Positions 28,464 to 39,241 of a DNA stretch of 64,000 bases are shown one piece after another. A program made the translations under genes and the position numbers. The notes under the pieces were generated by a model. The model was not told the origin of the DNA. It searched no databases and worked only from the letters and a program-made list of their open reading frames with translations. The DNA is from an uncultured bacterium (GTDB taxonomy: Bacteria; Omnitrophota; Omnitrophia; Omnitrophales; Aquincolibacteriaceae): assembly GCA_964373045.1 (NCBI GenBank), contig CAYJSI010000004.1, positions 194-64,193 of the forward strand, written 5' to 3'. The stretch's first letter is position 1, and every line of letters starts with the position of its first letter.

Positions 28464-29222
28464 ATGCGGTTGATGAATCTCCAGGGGAAAACCGTACTCA
28501 TTACAGGGGCAGCACGGCGCATTGGCCGCGAAATCGCCCTGACATTAGTGCGCCGCGGCGCGCGAATCTTAATCCATTACCGCGATTCCAAAGCCGATGC
28601 CCTTTTACTTCAAGCCGAGATTCAAACCATGGGGGGAGAGGCCCTTAGGGTTAAGGCTGATTTTTCTCACCGTCCAAGACCCTTACTTCCGGTCATTCAA
28701 AAATTCATTAACGAGATCTATCAAAAAGTTGCGAATATCGATGTCTTGGTAAACAACGCCTCCCTTTTTTATCCTACCCCCTTTGGCGCCATTAAGGAAT
28801 CGGATTGGGATGCTTTTTTAGCCGTGAATCTGAAAGTGCCTTTTTTTCTCTCGCAGGAAATCGGGAAACGCATGATGCAACAAAAAAGAGGAAAGATTAT
28901 CAATCTGGTGGATTGGACCGCCCGGCGCCCCCATCCGAAGTATCTTCCCTACGCCATTTCAAAGGCGGGGCTTGCCGCCGCAACCGAAGGGTTGGCCAAG
29001 GCGCTTGCTCCTCATGTGCAGGTGATTTCCGTGGCGCCGGGCCCCATCCTTCCCACCAAGGATATGAAACCGAACGAAAAAAAGGCGGTGGCGGGGCGCA
29101 CGCTCCTAAAGCGTTTTGGCCACCCCAAGGATATTGCCAATACGGTTCGATTTTTGATCGAAGACACGGATTTTATGACCGGCGCCTTCATTCCTGTGGA
29201 GGGAGGAAGCCTGCTCTGCTGA
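28464..29222 (+). CDS. short-chain dehydrogenase, pteridine reductase (FolM/PTR1)-like
   Basis: TGAARRIGREIA with an Arg in the Gly-rich loop is typical of pteridine reductases. Confidence 0.7.
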   Translation: MRLMNLQGKTVLITGAARRIGREIALTLVRRGARILIHYRDSKADALLLQAEIQTMGGEALRVKADFSHRPRPLLPVIQKFINEIYQKVANIDVLVNNASLFYPTPFGAIKESDWDAFLAVNLKVPFFLSQEIGKRMMQQKRGKIINLVDWTARRPHPKYLPYAISKAGLAAATEGLAKALAPHVQVISVAPGPILPTKDMKPNEKKAVAGRTLLKRFGHPKDIANTVRFLIEDTDFMTGAFIPVEGGSLLC

Positions 29223-29290
29223 TACCGTGTTCACAAACTTAATGCAATTTGGGTCTGACCCCCTCGGTTTTGGGTGGAGTCAAAAGAGAC

Positions 29291-29692
29291 ATGTTTAGGA
29301 TTACACGTGAAATAAATTTTAGTTACGCGCACCGCCTGATCCACTATCAGGGAAAGTGCGCCAATCTTCATGGCCACAATGCCCGCGTGCTCGTAGAAGT
29401 TTCAAGCGAGAAATTAAATCACCAGGGCATGGTCATGGATTTTTGTGAGATCCGGGAAGTGGTGGAAAAATGGATCAATCAAAACCTGGATCATAAAACC
29501 ATTTTATGTGCGGACGATCCTCTCACGGAGGTTCTGCAAAAGTCAGGGGAGCCCATTGTCGTGATCAAGGAAAATCCGACGGCAGAAGTGCTCGCCAAGT
29601 GGATTTTTGAAGAGGCCAGAAAGGCGCGGCTTCCCGTTTCGCGGGTGACGTTGTGGGAGACAGAAGATAGTGCCGCTACGTATCACGAATGA
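29291..29692 (+). CDS. queD: 6-carboxy-5,6,7,8-tetrahydropterin synthase / 6-pyruvoyl-tetrahydropterin synthase (QueD-like)
   Basis: Zinc-binding His residues are present, along with the CxxxHGH motif (KCANLHGH). Confidence 0.8.
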   Translation: MFRITREINFSYAHRLIHYQGKCANLHGHNARVLVEVSSEKLNHQGMVMDFCEIREVVEKWINQNLDHKTILCADDPLTEVLQKSGEPIVVIKENPTAEVLAKWIFEEARKARLPVSRVTLWETEDSAATYHE

Positions 29693-29720
29693 AATGTAGC
29701 TTAAAAAGCTTCAGGCAAAT

Positions 29721-29757
29721 GGTGCCAGGCACGGTGCCAGGCACCGTGCCTGGCACC
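29721..29757. repeat. GGTGCCWGGCACC tandem palindrome element
   Basis: GGTGCCAGGCACGGTGCCAGGCACCGTGCCTGGCACCATTAGG, between queD and addB. Confidence 0.8.
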
Positions 29758-29767
29758 ATTAGGTTCT

Positions 29768-32700
29768 ATGAGTAAAATTCTTTTAGTAGGTCCTGCCGGC
29801 TGTGGGAAGACCCGCCTCCTCTTAAACGAATTTGTCGAAGCCCTTGAAAAGGCCCCGGATCCGCTTGCGGACGACTCCTTTTTTATTTTGCCCTCCGCCG
29901 AACACACCGAACGCGTCACATCCCTTCTTTTGCAGCGGGGTCTTAAAGGTTTTTTCCACCGCCGTGTGACAACCCTCTCGGAACTCCTTTACCGCTTTCT
30001 GGGTCTCGGGCAGGAACATTTTATTTCGGGAGGTGTGCGTACCTTTCTGCTTCAGGACATCTTAAGGCAAAACCCATGGGACTATTTTTGCGAGGTTCAG
30101 GGGATGCCCGGATTTCACGCGCTCGTGGCCCGCTTTCTCGACGAGCTTAAAGATTCTCTTTTTTCCGCTGCACACTTCCGCGAGCGGATGAATCACTTGA
30201 AAAAGATCGAGCCGGATCTCGCCCCCAAATATGAATCACTCGCCGGGATCTACGAGGCCTACCAGGGAAGACTCGCCGAAGAAGGACTTCGTGACCGCAA
30301 AGATGCCTGGACGCTTTTCCTTGAAGAGAGGCCGAAGGCGCTTGCCAGAAAAAAGCGCTACCGGAAAATTTGGCTCGACGGATTTTTTGATTTCACTCCG
30401 CTTCAGCTGGCCTATTTGAGGGAACTTGCGGAATCCTCCGAAGAAGTAACCGTCACCTTGACGAAAGATCAAGGGGACTCACGCTCGGGTCTTTTTGAAT
30501 CGATTCAGCAGACCGAGGCCGCGCTTCTCGAAATGGGTTTTAAAATGGAGTCTCTTAAACCGGTCTACCACAGAAGCACAAAACCCGCCCTGGTATTCCT
30601 TGAAAGGCGCTTATTTTCAGAATCAAACTCCACTCCCTCGCCGCCGCCAAACGATGCCCTCATGATTTTTGAGGCCGTGGGCATTCAAGGGGAGGTTGAG
30701 ATGATGGCTCGCGAAATTCACCGCCTCTATCAAACCGGCTCCTATCGATTGAGCGATTTTGCCCTTCTGTTTCGGCAAATCGGCAGTTATGAAGCAGTTA
30801 TTCGCTCAGTCTTCAATCATTACGACATCCCTTTCGAGATTCATGAGCGTGAGCGGCTAAAGCTCTCGCCTATGGTCCACGCCCTTGTCCTTCTTCTGCG
30901 GGTTATGAAAGACGGCTGGAAGCGCTCCGACCTTCTCAATTTTTTCAAATCATCTTATGTGGCTGCGGTGGGAGAGACGCCAAAAAATTATGAATGGGTG
31001 GGGGAGTTTGAACATCGTTCGCTTCGCGAGGGTGCTTTGGCGGGAAGGGAGGTGTGGCTCACGGATTGGACTCATCAGGGTTTTGGAGGTCCGGGAGAGG
31101 ACCTTGAGCGTTTCAACCAGATAAAAAGCGTCACCCTTGCGCCGCTTAGGGATCTTGAAGACGAATTGCGGTCCTCGGAAGATTTTAATCGGTTACGAAC
31201 CTTAATCTCCGAGGCCCTCCAAAAAACCTTCCGGATTATTCAGATTCAGGATTCTCTTGAGACCTCGGTGCGTAGAGAGGCCTTAAGTTTTCGCAGGCTG
31301 GAGTCACTTTTCGAGGAAATGAAATCACACCTGCGAATTTCCGGCCGTGCAAAAGTGAGCTTTGACGATTTTGCGGACTATCTTTTACGCTTAATCGAGC
31401 TTGATCTTTACTCGCTTCATGAGCAGGATAAAAACCGAGTGCAGATTTACGATGCCTCGCTTGCCCGCCAGAAGGAATACCGTATTGTTTTTGTGGCCGG
31501 GCTCCTGGAAAAGGGATTTCCCGTTCAAATCAAAGAAGACCCGCTTCTCTCAGATTGGGAGAGGCGGTTACTCAATGCGCACTCCGAGGCAAGGCTGGCG
31601 GAGCGATTACCCCGCCAGAGCCTCGAGCGCTATCTCTTTTACCTTGCCGTGACGCGCGCCAGCGAAAGGGTCACCCTTTGTTATCCCAGCCTCGACCGCG
31701 AGGGAAAACAAGCGCTTCCTTCTTTTTATGTGGAGGAGGTGCAATCGATTTTCGGAGGCAAGGTCCCAGTCCAAAAACAGAACCTCGCCCATCCCTTTCC
31801 GCGTCCCGAGGAAGCAGTCAATCTCCGCGAACTCGAGATCGCGGTTGTGGGCGAACTTTGCAATCCCGAAACTGAGGAGAAGCGCGAACCCGCGCTGCTT
31901 TATTTAACGCACACCCTCCTGAAGGACCCCGGAAGCCGTACCAGAATCCGGCGCTCCTTTGCGGAAATTAAGGCGGAACTGACCGATCCTCGCCTCCGGG
32001 AAATGGATGCCTTGCGCTCACATGAAACCAGCTCCACGCGCCTTGAGGAATACGGAAAATGTCCCTATCGATACTTTGCGAACCGCATTTTAAAACTGCA
32101 GGACCCGGACGAGGAAATCAATTTGAAACGCAAAGGCACCATCCTTCACCTCGTGCTTGAAAACTATTTTAGGTTTCAGCGGGAGCATGCGGGCACAGAC
32201 TTATCCTGGGAAAAGGTGGAGCGGCTCATCCTCCAGGAGCTCGAGGCCTCACTTGCCCAATACCCCCTGAACTATGAAAAGAAATACCAAGTCGAGCTCA
32301 ACCGGGAGGAGTTAAAAGATATGCTGTTACGATTTATGCGCTCAGAGCTTAAGCGGCTCCGCGATTCCAAGCTCAAGCCGCGTTATTTTGAATTCAGCTT
32401 CGGAGACAAAGATGGAGACGCGGCCCCTGCCTACGTGCTCGAGACGGAAGGGGAACCTGTGAAGATTTCGGGGAAAATCGACCGCATCGACACCGACGCG
32501 GAGGAGCATTTTGGGCTTGTGATCGATTACAAGCGCTCCGCCGAATTTAAAAAAGATGATTTGGAATTCGGCACCTCGCTGCAGCTTCCCATCTACCTTA
32601 CTGCCGTGGAAAAATTCCTGGCACTCAAACCCGTCGGGGGGGAGCTTTATTCCTTGAGAAAGTGCCAGAAAAAAGGATTTTATCACGCCGAAAACGCGGC

Positions 32701-32974
32701 CTCCCAAATGTCCTTATCGGCCCGGGCGCTTCAATTTTCTGAAAAAGAATACCGGGAACTGATAGAGCGAAGCCTTGGTTTTGCGCGGCGATACGTCTCG
32801 AGCGTCGCCAACCTTGAAATCCCGGTGCGGCCGAGATATTGTGACCCCTATTGCCCCTTTCCCGCTGTTTGCCGCATCGAAAAATGGAAACTTCCTTCCA
32901 TAGAAGAAGAGATCAAAGAAGAGGATCGAAAAAGGCAACGCGCTACTGCCGATGCTGAGAAAGTTGCAAAATGA
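29768..32974 (+). CDS. addB: helicase-nuclease complex subunit AddB-like (PD-(D/E)XK nuclease with Fe-S cluster)
   Basis: N-terminal Walker A motif GPAGCGKT. C-terminal CDPYCPFPAVC cysteines typical of the AddB nuclease domain. 1068 aa. Confidence 0.8.
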   Translation: MSKILLVGPAGCGKTRLLLNEFVEALEKAPDPLADDSFFILPSAEHTERVTSLLLQRGLKGFFHRRVTTLSELLYRFLGLGQEHFISGGVRTFLLQDILRQNPWDYFCEVQGMPGFHALVARFLDELKDSLFSAAHFRERMNHLKKIEPDLAPKYESLAGIYEAYQGRLAEEGLRDRKDAWTLFLEERPKALARKKRYRKIWLDGFFDFTPLQLAYLRELAESSEEVTVTLTKDQGDSRSGLFESIQQTEAALLEMGFKMESLKPVYHRSTKPALVFLERRLFSESNSTPSPPPNDALMIFEAVGIQGEVEMMAREIHRLYQTGSYRLSDFALLFRQIGSYEAVIRSVFNHYDIPFEIHERERLKLSPMVHALVLLLRVMKDGWKRSDLLNFFKSSYVAAVGETPKNYEWVGEFEHRSLREGALAGREVWLTDWTHQGFGGPGEDLERFNQIKSVTLAPLRDLEDELRSSEDFNRLRTLISEALQKTFRIIQIQDSLETSVRREALSFRRLESLFEEMKSHLRISGRAKVSFDDFADYLLRLIELDLYSLHEQDKNRVQIYDASLARQKEYRIVFVAGLLEKGFPVQIKEDPLLSDWERRLLNAHSEARLAERLPRQSLERYLFYLAVTRASERVTLCYPSLDREGKQALPSFYVEEVQSIFGGKVPVQKQNLAHPFPRPEEAVNLRELEIAVVGELCNPETEEKREPALLYLTHTLLKDPGSRTRIRRSFAEIKAELTDPRLREMDALRSHETSSTRLEEYGKCPYRYFANRILKLQDPDEEINLKRKGTILHLVLENYFRFQREHAGTDLSWEKVERLILQELEASLAQYPLNYEKKYQVELNREELKDMLLRFMRSELKRLRDSKLKPRYFEFSFGDKDGDAAPAYVLETEGEPVKISGKIDRIDTDAEEHFGLVIDYKRSAEFKKDDLEFGTSLQLPIYLTAVEKFLALKPVGGELYSLRKCQKKGFYHAENAASQMSLSARALQFSEKEYRELIERSLGFARRYVSSVANLEIPVRPRYCDPYCPFPAVCRIEKWKLPSIEEEIKEEDRKRQRATADAEKVAK

Positions 32975-35900
32975 AACTGACTAAAATTCAAAAGCTCATT
33001 GTCGAATCGAAAGGAAAAAATATTCTTGTCTCGGCCGGCGCCGGCACCGGAAAAACACGCGTGTTGGTGGAGCGTTTTTTGAGTTTAGTGAAAACGCAGG
33101 GGGTCCTTGTGAACGAGATCCTGGCGCTTACGTTTACGGACAAGGCAGCCATGGAAATGAAATCAAGGATTCTTGCGGGGCTCAAGGCACTTCACCTCGA
33201 GGCCGCCCGCCGAGAATTGGAGTCAGCCTACATCTCCACCATCCACGCCTTCGCGGCCAGGGTCTTGAGGGAGCATCCGATTGAAGCCGAAGTCGATCCT
33301 GATTTCAGCGTGATTGAGCCCGAAGAGGCCGAGGCCATGAAAGAGTCAGCCCTTGATACGGCCATTGAAAGCGGCTGCGCGGCCGGGGACGGCACCTTCG
33401 AGCTTCTTAAAACTTATGAGGAGCACGTGATTCGCCAGGGTGTGCTCAAAATCTTTGGGGCGGCCCGCAATCAAGGCCAGCCCCTCGGCACTTTTTTTAC
33501 CCAAACCAAGAACCGGCTTGCCGGGATTGGATTTCGCGAAGGAGATCTCCTCGCTTCCCTTTTTGAGCAAACAGGGGAGGAAGAATTTGCCCTGGCGTGG
33601 AAGAGGTTTGCCGCCCAACCCCTCATGGATTGGAAGCCAATCGAAGACTTTCGGGAGTGGTCCCGGAATTTCAACCGCCGCGGCGGAAAAAAAGATAAGG
33701 CCCTGTGGAAGGACATTGCGCGGCTTTCACGGAAATTCCTCGGAAGCCAGCTTGATCTTTTGGCTCAGAGCGAGCGGGAGAAGTTTGAAACATTAGCGCT
33801 CTCTTTTGAAGCCCTCTACGAGGCCGCGAAAAAAGAAAGGCGTTTTCTTGATTTCGATGACCTTCAGAGCCGTGTCCTTGACCTCTTCAGGAGGGAGACC
33901 TCTCCCAATCGAAAACTGCGGGAGCGTTACCAGCGTCAATTTAAACATGTGATGATGGATGAACTGCAGGATACGAATCCTCTCCAGGTTCAACTGGTTG
34001 AACTCCTGTCCTCGGAGGGGAATCAATTTTACGTGGGGGATTTCAGGCAATCTATCTACGGCTTTCGCGGTACCTCGCCCGAGCATTTTCTTGCCAAGAA
34101 AAGAGAATATGAATCGAATGAGGAAAAAGGCGTGTGCGTTTTTTTACCCGAAAACTTCCGGACCGAGCCGCCCTTACTTGAATTTATCAATACCCTCTTC
34201 CGTAAGATTTGGGCCGAGGACGGTTTTCAATTTGAAGATTTAATGCCGGGGATTGAAGCATCATCGCCGCCGCCTGAAAAGGGGGCCTCATGGGTTGAGC
34301 TCCTTGCTGTCCCGCTTCGTACCGAGGAGAAGGAATCGATGAATCACGCGCGGCTTCGTGAGGCGGCGGGGATCGCCGAGCGGATTTTGCGCTTGAGGGA
34401 TGCGGGAGTGCCCTACGGGGATATGGTGATCCTTTTTCAGGCCATGACCGTAAGCGGAATCTATGAACAGGCCTTGAAAGGCGCGGGGATTCCCTATTTT
34501 GTCGTGGCGGGAAGAGGTTTTTATCATCAGAGCGAGATCCGGGACATGATGAGCCTGCTTGCCTGTCTCGAAAATCCGCTTTCGGATATTCCGCTGGCCG
34601 CCACCCTGCGCTCGCCTTTCTTTCAAGTGAAAGATGATACGCTTTACTGGCTTTCTCATTATGCGAAAAAGACGGACAACAGAAACCCGCTCTTCTCCTC
34701 CCTGAAGGATCTTGAAAAGATCAACGAAGTGAGCGGCGAGGAAAAAGAAAAACTCCGGACCTTTAACAAGCTGCTTGAAGAACTGCTTGAAAAAAAAGAC
34801 CGTCTTAGACTGACCGAGCTTCTGGGTCAGATTCTCCATAAAACCTCTTTTGACCTCGCGGCCCTTGCCCATCCTCAGGGGGTGCGCCGCTACGCTAATC
34901 TAAAAAAATTAATGGACCTGGCGCGGGAATATGAATCCCGGGAGGTCCTCACCTTAAGCGATTTTATCCACATGATTCGCGGACTCGAATCGCGGGAGGT
35001 GCGTGAGTCCGAGGCCCCCATCGAAGCTGAAAAGGGTTCCCGCGCCGTGCGTCTTATGACGATTCACGCCGCCAAAGGCCTCGAGTTTCCGGTCGTGTTC
35101 GTTGCCGACCTCGCGCACGAACGCCGGTCCTTCGAATCCAAAACCTTTCTTGCGGAGGCGGGGAGGGGTTATGCCTTGGCACTGATTCATCCCGAGACGC
35201 AGAAAAAGGAAGCCCCTCTTTCATGGACGGAGATGGATGAAGCGCTTTCGCTTCGCGAGCATCAGGAGTGGAAAAGGCTTTTTTATGTCGCGTTGACGCG
35301 CTCCCGCTCCCGGCTCATTTTGAGCGGTGTGCACAAAGAAAGTGAAACCGTCAAAAAATCATTTTATGAGATGTCCTCTTGGATGGATTGGCTGATGGCC
35401 TGCCGGGAGGCGCTCAGTGACAAAATGCAGATTTCCTGGATGGAGCCATCGATGCCCTCTGGCCGCCCGGCGCTCTTGACGGCTGAGAAAAAGGCGTTTC
35501 AAGAGCTGCTGAGAGGCGACCCGCCGCAAGCGGCCGAAGATCTTTTTGAAAATTCAACCGAGTGGGCGGGCATCGCATCTCAAGCCGCGCCGCTTTTAAA
35601 AAATTTGGAAGTTCGCGCCAGGGTGCCGGCGCGCGCCGTCGATCTTTCGGTATCGGCCTACGTGGCCTTTATGAAAGACCACGAAAACTATCGCCGCTCT
35701 TATGAAATAGGATACCCCGCCGAGGTCCCGGAAAAAGCCGAAGAGATGTCTCCTGAAGAGGAACTCAGTCCGGCCGATTTTGGTACGGCTGTCCACCGCG
35801 TCCTCGAACGGCTCGATTTCGGGAATCCCGCCCAGAGTTTAAAGGCCATCCTTCCCGAGGTCTTTCGCGGCCTGAGTGCGGTTCATGCGAAAGAGGCGGG

Positions 35901-36303
35901 TGACCTCGTGGAAAAATTTGTCCAAAGCGCCGTCTTTCGTGAAATTCAAAAGGCCAAGAGGGTGTACCGCGAACTTCCCTTCACTTTGAATGAGCGTCAC
36001 GGCAGGGTGTATGGCGTGATCGATCTTCTTTTTCAAGATGCCTCGGGGCGGTGGCACCTTCTGGATTATAAAACAACGGTGGGGGATCCCTCCAAAATCA
36101 GGGAGGCGCTCTACGACCAACAGATCTCCCTTTACGGGCTTGCCGTGCATAACCTCTTGAGAATCGCCCCTCATTCGGCTATCATCTACTTCTTGAAAAA
36201 CCATTGGGAGCATCGAAGCGTGTTTCCAAAAGGTTTTTTTGAAAAGTCGGCGCAAGATTTTAGAAAAATTCAAGAAGAGGTTCTAGCCTTTAATGTTTTG
36301 TAA
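32971..36303 (+). CDS. addA: ATP-dependent helicase/nuclease AddA (UvrD-family SF1 helicase with C-terminal nuclease)
   Basis: GAGTGKT Walker A. UvrD motifs are present. C-terminal PD-(D/E)XK region (DLLFQD ... DYK). 1110 aa. Translationally coupled to addB. Confidence 0.85.
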   Translation: MKLTKIQKLIVESKGKNILVSAGAGTGKTRVLVERFLSLVKTQGVLVNEILALTFTDKAAMEMKSRILAGLKALHLEAARRELESAYISTIHAFAARVLREHPIEAEVDPDFSVIEPEEAEAMKESALDTAIESGCAAGDGTFELLKTYEEHVIRQGVLKIFGAARNQGQPLGTFFTQTKNRLAGIGFREGDLLASLFEQTGEEEFALAWKRFAAQPLMDWKPIEDFREWSRNFNRRGGKKDKALWKDIARLSRKFLGSQLDLLAQSEREKFETLALSFEALYEAAKKERRFLDFDDLQSRVLDLFRRETSPNRKLRERYQRQFKHVMMDELQDTNPLQVQLVELLSSEGNQFYVGDFRQSIYGFRGTSPEHFLAKKREYESNEEKGVCVFLPENFRTEPPLLEFINTLFRKIWAEDGFQFEDLMPGIEASSPPPEKGASWVELLAVPLRTEEKESMNHARLREAAGIAERILRLRDAGVPYGDMVILFQAMTVSGIYEQALKGAGIPYFVVAGRGFYHQSEIRDMMSLLACLENPLSDIPLAATLRSPFFQVKDDTLYWLSHYAKKTDNRNPLFSSLKDLEKINEVSGEEKEKLRTFNKLLEELLEKKDRLRLTELLGQILHKTSFDLAALAHPQGVRRYANLKKLMDLAREYESREVLTLSDFIHMIRGLESREVRESEAPIEAEKGSRAVRLMTIHAAKGLEFPVVFVADLAHERRSFESKTFLAEAGRGYALALIHPETQKKEAPLSWTEMDEALSLREHQEWKRLFYVALTRSRSRLILSGVHKESETVKKSFYEMSSWMDWLMACREALSDKMQISWMEPSMPSGRPALLTAEKKAFQELLRGDPPQAAEDLFENSTEWAGIASQAAPLLKNLEVRARVPARAVDLSVSAYVAFMKDHENYRRSYEIGYPAEVPEKAEEMSPEEELSPADFGTAVHRVLERLDFGNPAQSLKAILPEVFRGLSAVHAKEAGDLVEKFVQSAVFREIQKAKRVYRELPFTLNERHGRVYGVIDLLFQDASGRWHLLDYKTTVGDPSKIREALYDQQISLYGLAVHNLLRIAPHSAIIYFLKNHWEHRSVFPKGFFEKSAQDFRKIQEEVLAFNVL

Positions 36304-36529
36304 TTTCTGCGGCAAAAATTTTGACGCCCTGGAAGGATTCGAAGAGACCAACCGCAGCGGTCATCATCTTGTACGCTGCGAGAAATGCGTTTATGAACAG
36401 CGCGAGGAAGAATATGACTGGCGCTCCGAGATGTACGGCCCGAGGCCGTTTCATCCCCGGCAGTCTCAGGGAGGTTGAAGGTCCGCTATTTAGCGGTTAC
36501 ACTTTTAAAAGAAGAGGAGCGTTGATCGG

Positions 36530-36892
36530 ATGGCGAAGAAAATCCTTGTGGTGGATGATGAAGATGATGTGAGGCTCTTCTTGCAGGACTTCCTGTCGGA
36601 AAGAGACCTCGAGGTGGAGGCTGCCGCCAACGGTGAAGAAGCGCTCAAAAAGGTCAACACCTGGCAGCCGGATGTGGTGCTCCTTGATATCATGATGCCC
36701 GGTATTGACGGCCTGGAATGCTTAAAGCAGATCAAATCAAAATTCCCTAAAACCATCGTCATTATGATTACGGCTCTTAAGGATGAAGCGCGGATCGCAA
36801 TGGCTAAGAAATTGGGCGCCCACGATTACATCGTCAAGCCCTTCAGCCTGACTTACCTCGAAGAAGAGATCGGCAAACTCCTCCCGTCCTAA
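36530..36892 (+). CDS. single-domain response regulator (CheY-like receiver)
   Basis: DDEDD acid pocket. Phospho-acceptor Asp (VLLDIMMP). Conserved Lys (KPF). Confidence 0.85.
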   Translation: MAKKILVVDDEDDVRLFLQDFLSERDLEVEAAANGEEALKKVNTWQPDVVLLDIMMPGIDGLECLKQIKSKFPKTIVIMITALKDEARIAMAKKLGAHDYIVKPFSLTYLEEEIGKLLPS

Positions 36893-36969
36893 CTTACCTT
36901 TTATTTTTTCTGATGTTGATGGCAGGCCCCTGAGGGGTACTTTTCGTTTTAACCCCAAAAAGAGCAAAG

Positions 36970-37620
36970 ATGAAACGGCTCATCATTTACGATCTGGACG
37001 GAACGCTGGTGGATACCCGCGAAGATATTGCCTGCGCTGCGAATGACATGCTGAAAAAACTGGGGGGAAGCCCATTAACCACGGCCGCGGTGGCCGCCTT
37101 TGTGGGAAAAGGGCTCCATGCCCTCATCCGGGGTTGTCTCAAAACGGAAGATCCCAAAAAAATCGAGCAGGGATCTAAAATTTATCGCGCCTATTATGCC
37201 GAGCACATGCTGGATCATAGTAAGCTTTACCCCGGTGCGGTCGAATTTCTCGAGTATTTTAAACTGCGCAAACAGGCCGTGATCACGAATAAACCTAATC
37301 CCTATTCGCGGGAAATCCTGGAAGCACTCGGCATCGCCCGATATTTTATCGAAATTGTGGCGGGGGACTCGGACTATCCCAAAAAGCCGGACCCGGCCGC
37401 AGTTCTTTCCGTCATGAAACGCGAAAAGGTCAACCCCTCTTCAACCCTCTTTGTGGGGGATAGCGCCATTGATATTGAAACCGCGCGCAACGCGGGGATT
37501 TCAGCGGCTGTGGTGACGCATGGATTTTCGCACCGAGATGAGCTACAATCAAAGCGTCCCGACGCCCTGGTGAAGGACTTTTTTGAGCTCCTTTCCCAGG
37601 CGCGGAAAGAAAGGTGGTAA
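36970..37620 (+). CDS. gph: HAD-family phosphatase, phosphoglycolate phosphatase-like
   Basis: IYDLDGTLVDT is motif I. VGDSxxD is motif IV. Confidence 0.75.
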   Translation: MKRLIIYDLDGTLVDTREDIACAANDMLKKLGGSPLTTAAVAAFVGKGLHALIRGCLKTEDPKKIEQGSKIYRAYYAEHMLDHSKLYPGAVEFLEYFKLRKQAVITNKPNPYSREILEALGIARYFIEIVAGDSDYPKKPDPAAVLSVMKREKVNPSSTLFVGDSAIDIETARNAGISAAVVTHGFSHRDELQSKRPDALVKDFFELLSQARKERW

Positions 37621-38435
37621 AGCGCATGTCTTTATCTTCAAGCGAACCCATTGTTGCCGCGGGCGGCCTCCGCATTGCCGAGGGCGACCTTGTCCTTCTC
37701 TGGTTTGAGGAAGAGACGAGCTATCTCGTGGAGGTGGTTCGTGGAAAACGGGTCAGCATCCACTGCGGAAAACCCCTCCTCGCGGATGAGTGGATTGGGC
37801 AGGAATTCGGTAAGAAAGTGATTTGCGACCACGGCGCCGGCTATCTTCTGAAACCCACGGTGGAAGATTTAATGATGAAGGCCACGCGCGAAAGCGGCAT
37901 TATTTATCCCAAAGATGCCGGGCTTTTAATCCTGAAAGCCGGCATCCGTCCCGGCTCCAAGGTGCTGGAAGTGGGGACAGGATCCGGGGCCCTGACCCTT
38001 GCCCTGGCGGAGGCCGTGCGGCCTTACGGGAAGGTTTTTACTTTTGACCGGCGTACCGATTTACCCAAGAATGCGGTTAAAAATATCACCCGCGCAGGCC
38101 TTGCGGAATATGTTTCCTTCGAACAACGAGTGTCTTCAGAGCCCTTTCCGGAAGGGGGATTTGACGCCGCCATCCTCGACATTCCAACTCCCTGGGAAGA
38201 GGTAGCGGTGGTCAAAGACGCTCTTCGGGGAGGGGGAAAAATCGTGAGCCTTAATCCGACGTTCAATCAAATTGAGCGAATGGCGGAGGCGCTCCGAGCC
38301 CATGGATTCATTCAAGTGGAGGCCTTGGAACTTCTTGAACGGCCCATTTTGGCCCGGGAAGGCAAGACGCGGCCTGTTCAACGGATGGTTTCCCACACTG
38401 AATTCATGCTCTTTGCCACCCATCCCGCTGATTAG
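37614..38435 (+). CDS. trmI: tRNA (adenine-N1)-methyltransferase TrmI/GCD14 family
   Basis: N-terminal beta-barrel domain. SAM motif VLEVGTGSGALT. Confidence 0.75.
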   Translation: MVKRMSLSSSEPIVAAGGLRIAEGDLVLLWFEEETSYLVEVVRGKRVSIHCGKPLLADEWIGQEFGKKVICDHGAGYLLKPTVEDLMMKATRESGIIYPKDAGLLILKAGIRPGSKVLEVGTGSGALTLALAEAVRPYGKVFTFDRRTDLPKNAVKNITRAGLAEYVSFEQRVSSEPFPEGGFDAAILDIPTPWEEVAVVKDALRGGGKIVSLNPTFNQIERMAEALRAHGFIQVEALELLERPILAREGKTRPVQRMVSHTEFMLFATHPAD

Positions 38436-38524
38436 CTGATTAGCGGTTGATTTCAAAATATTGTTTTGCTAGACTACCACTGTTTTGCAGTTGCATCATT
38501 TTCGCCAAAAGGAGAGAAGAACCT

Positions 38525-39022
38525 ATGAATGTTCCGCGTTTAAGTTTTTTAAGCCTATTGGGGATCCTGCTTGTGACGACAGGATGTGCCTCCAAGAAAC
38601 AAACCGCTCGTCAAATCAATACCATTCAAGCCCAAGTCGGCGCCCTTACGGATGAAGTGGCGCGGCTCGATCGATCGCTTCAGGAAACTCGGGCTGCCAT
38701 TCAAGCCGAGGAAAATAAAGGCCAGGACCTTCAGAGTCAGCTGGGACAGTCTCGCTCCCGACTTCGTTCGCTGCGGGAAGAAGAGTCTGTGATCCGGGGA
38801 ATTTATCGGACCCCTTCCGGTTTCGAACTTCCCTCGATTAACATCCAGGAAGCGCTTAAGAATGCGGGCTATTATCAAGGGTCTCTGGATGGAAAAATCG
38901 GTCCCGGAACCCGCGAGGCCATTCGTTCCTTTCAAAACGATAACGGTCTTGATGCCGATGGCGTTGTCGGCCGGCGCACCTGGGCCAAATTGAAAGGGCA
39001 CTTGGAGAATCCGGGTAAGTAA
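38525..39022 (+). CDS. lipoprotein with coiled coil and C-terminal peptidoglycan-binding (PG_binding_1) domain
   Basis: Lipobox LLVTTGC. C-terminal GYYQGSLDGKIGPGTREAIRSFQNDNGLDADGVVG. Confidence 0.7.
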   Translation: MNVPRLSFLSLLGILLVTTGCASKKQTARQINTIQAQVGALTDEVARLDRSLQETRAAIQAEENKGQDLQSQLGQSRSRLRSLREEESVIRGIYRTPSGFELPSINIQEALKNAGYYQGSLDGKIGPGTREAIRSFQNDNGLDADGVVGRRTWAKLKGHLENPGK

Positions 39023-39052
39023 TTTTTCTGTTTTTAAGGTTCTTCACTCCGG

Positions 39053-39090
39053 AAAGGCCGGTACACCTCAGTGTATCGGCCTTTTATTTT
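39053..39090 (+). terminator. rho-independent terminator
   Basis: GGCCGGTACAC-CTCA-GTGTATCGGCC followed by TTTTATTTT. Confidence 0.6.
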
Positions 39091-39241
39091 CAACTGCTTC
39101 ATTCATAGAGACTTACACCCTCTCCTTTCCATGCCCTGCTTCGGCCAAAAGGCCTTCCGGTTCCGGGGGGCGTAATTTTTCTTATCACTAATCGTCCTTA
39201 GACGATATAATAGCGCGTCTTAAAAAAGGAGGTTTGAGAAA

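Noticed and set aside
28805-29242. 145-aa + strand ORF overlapping the SDR gene in another frame
   Set aside because: It lies inside the pteridine-reductase-like CDS and has low-complexity, Arg/Gly-rich composition.
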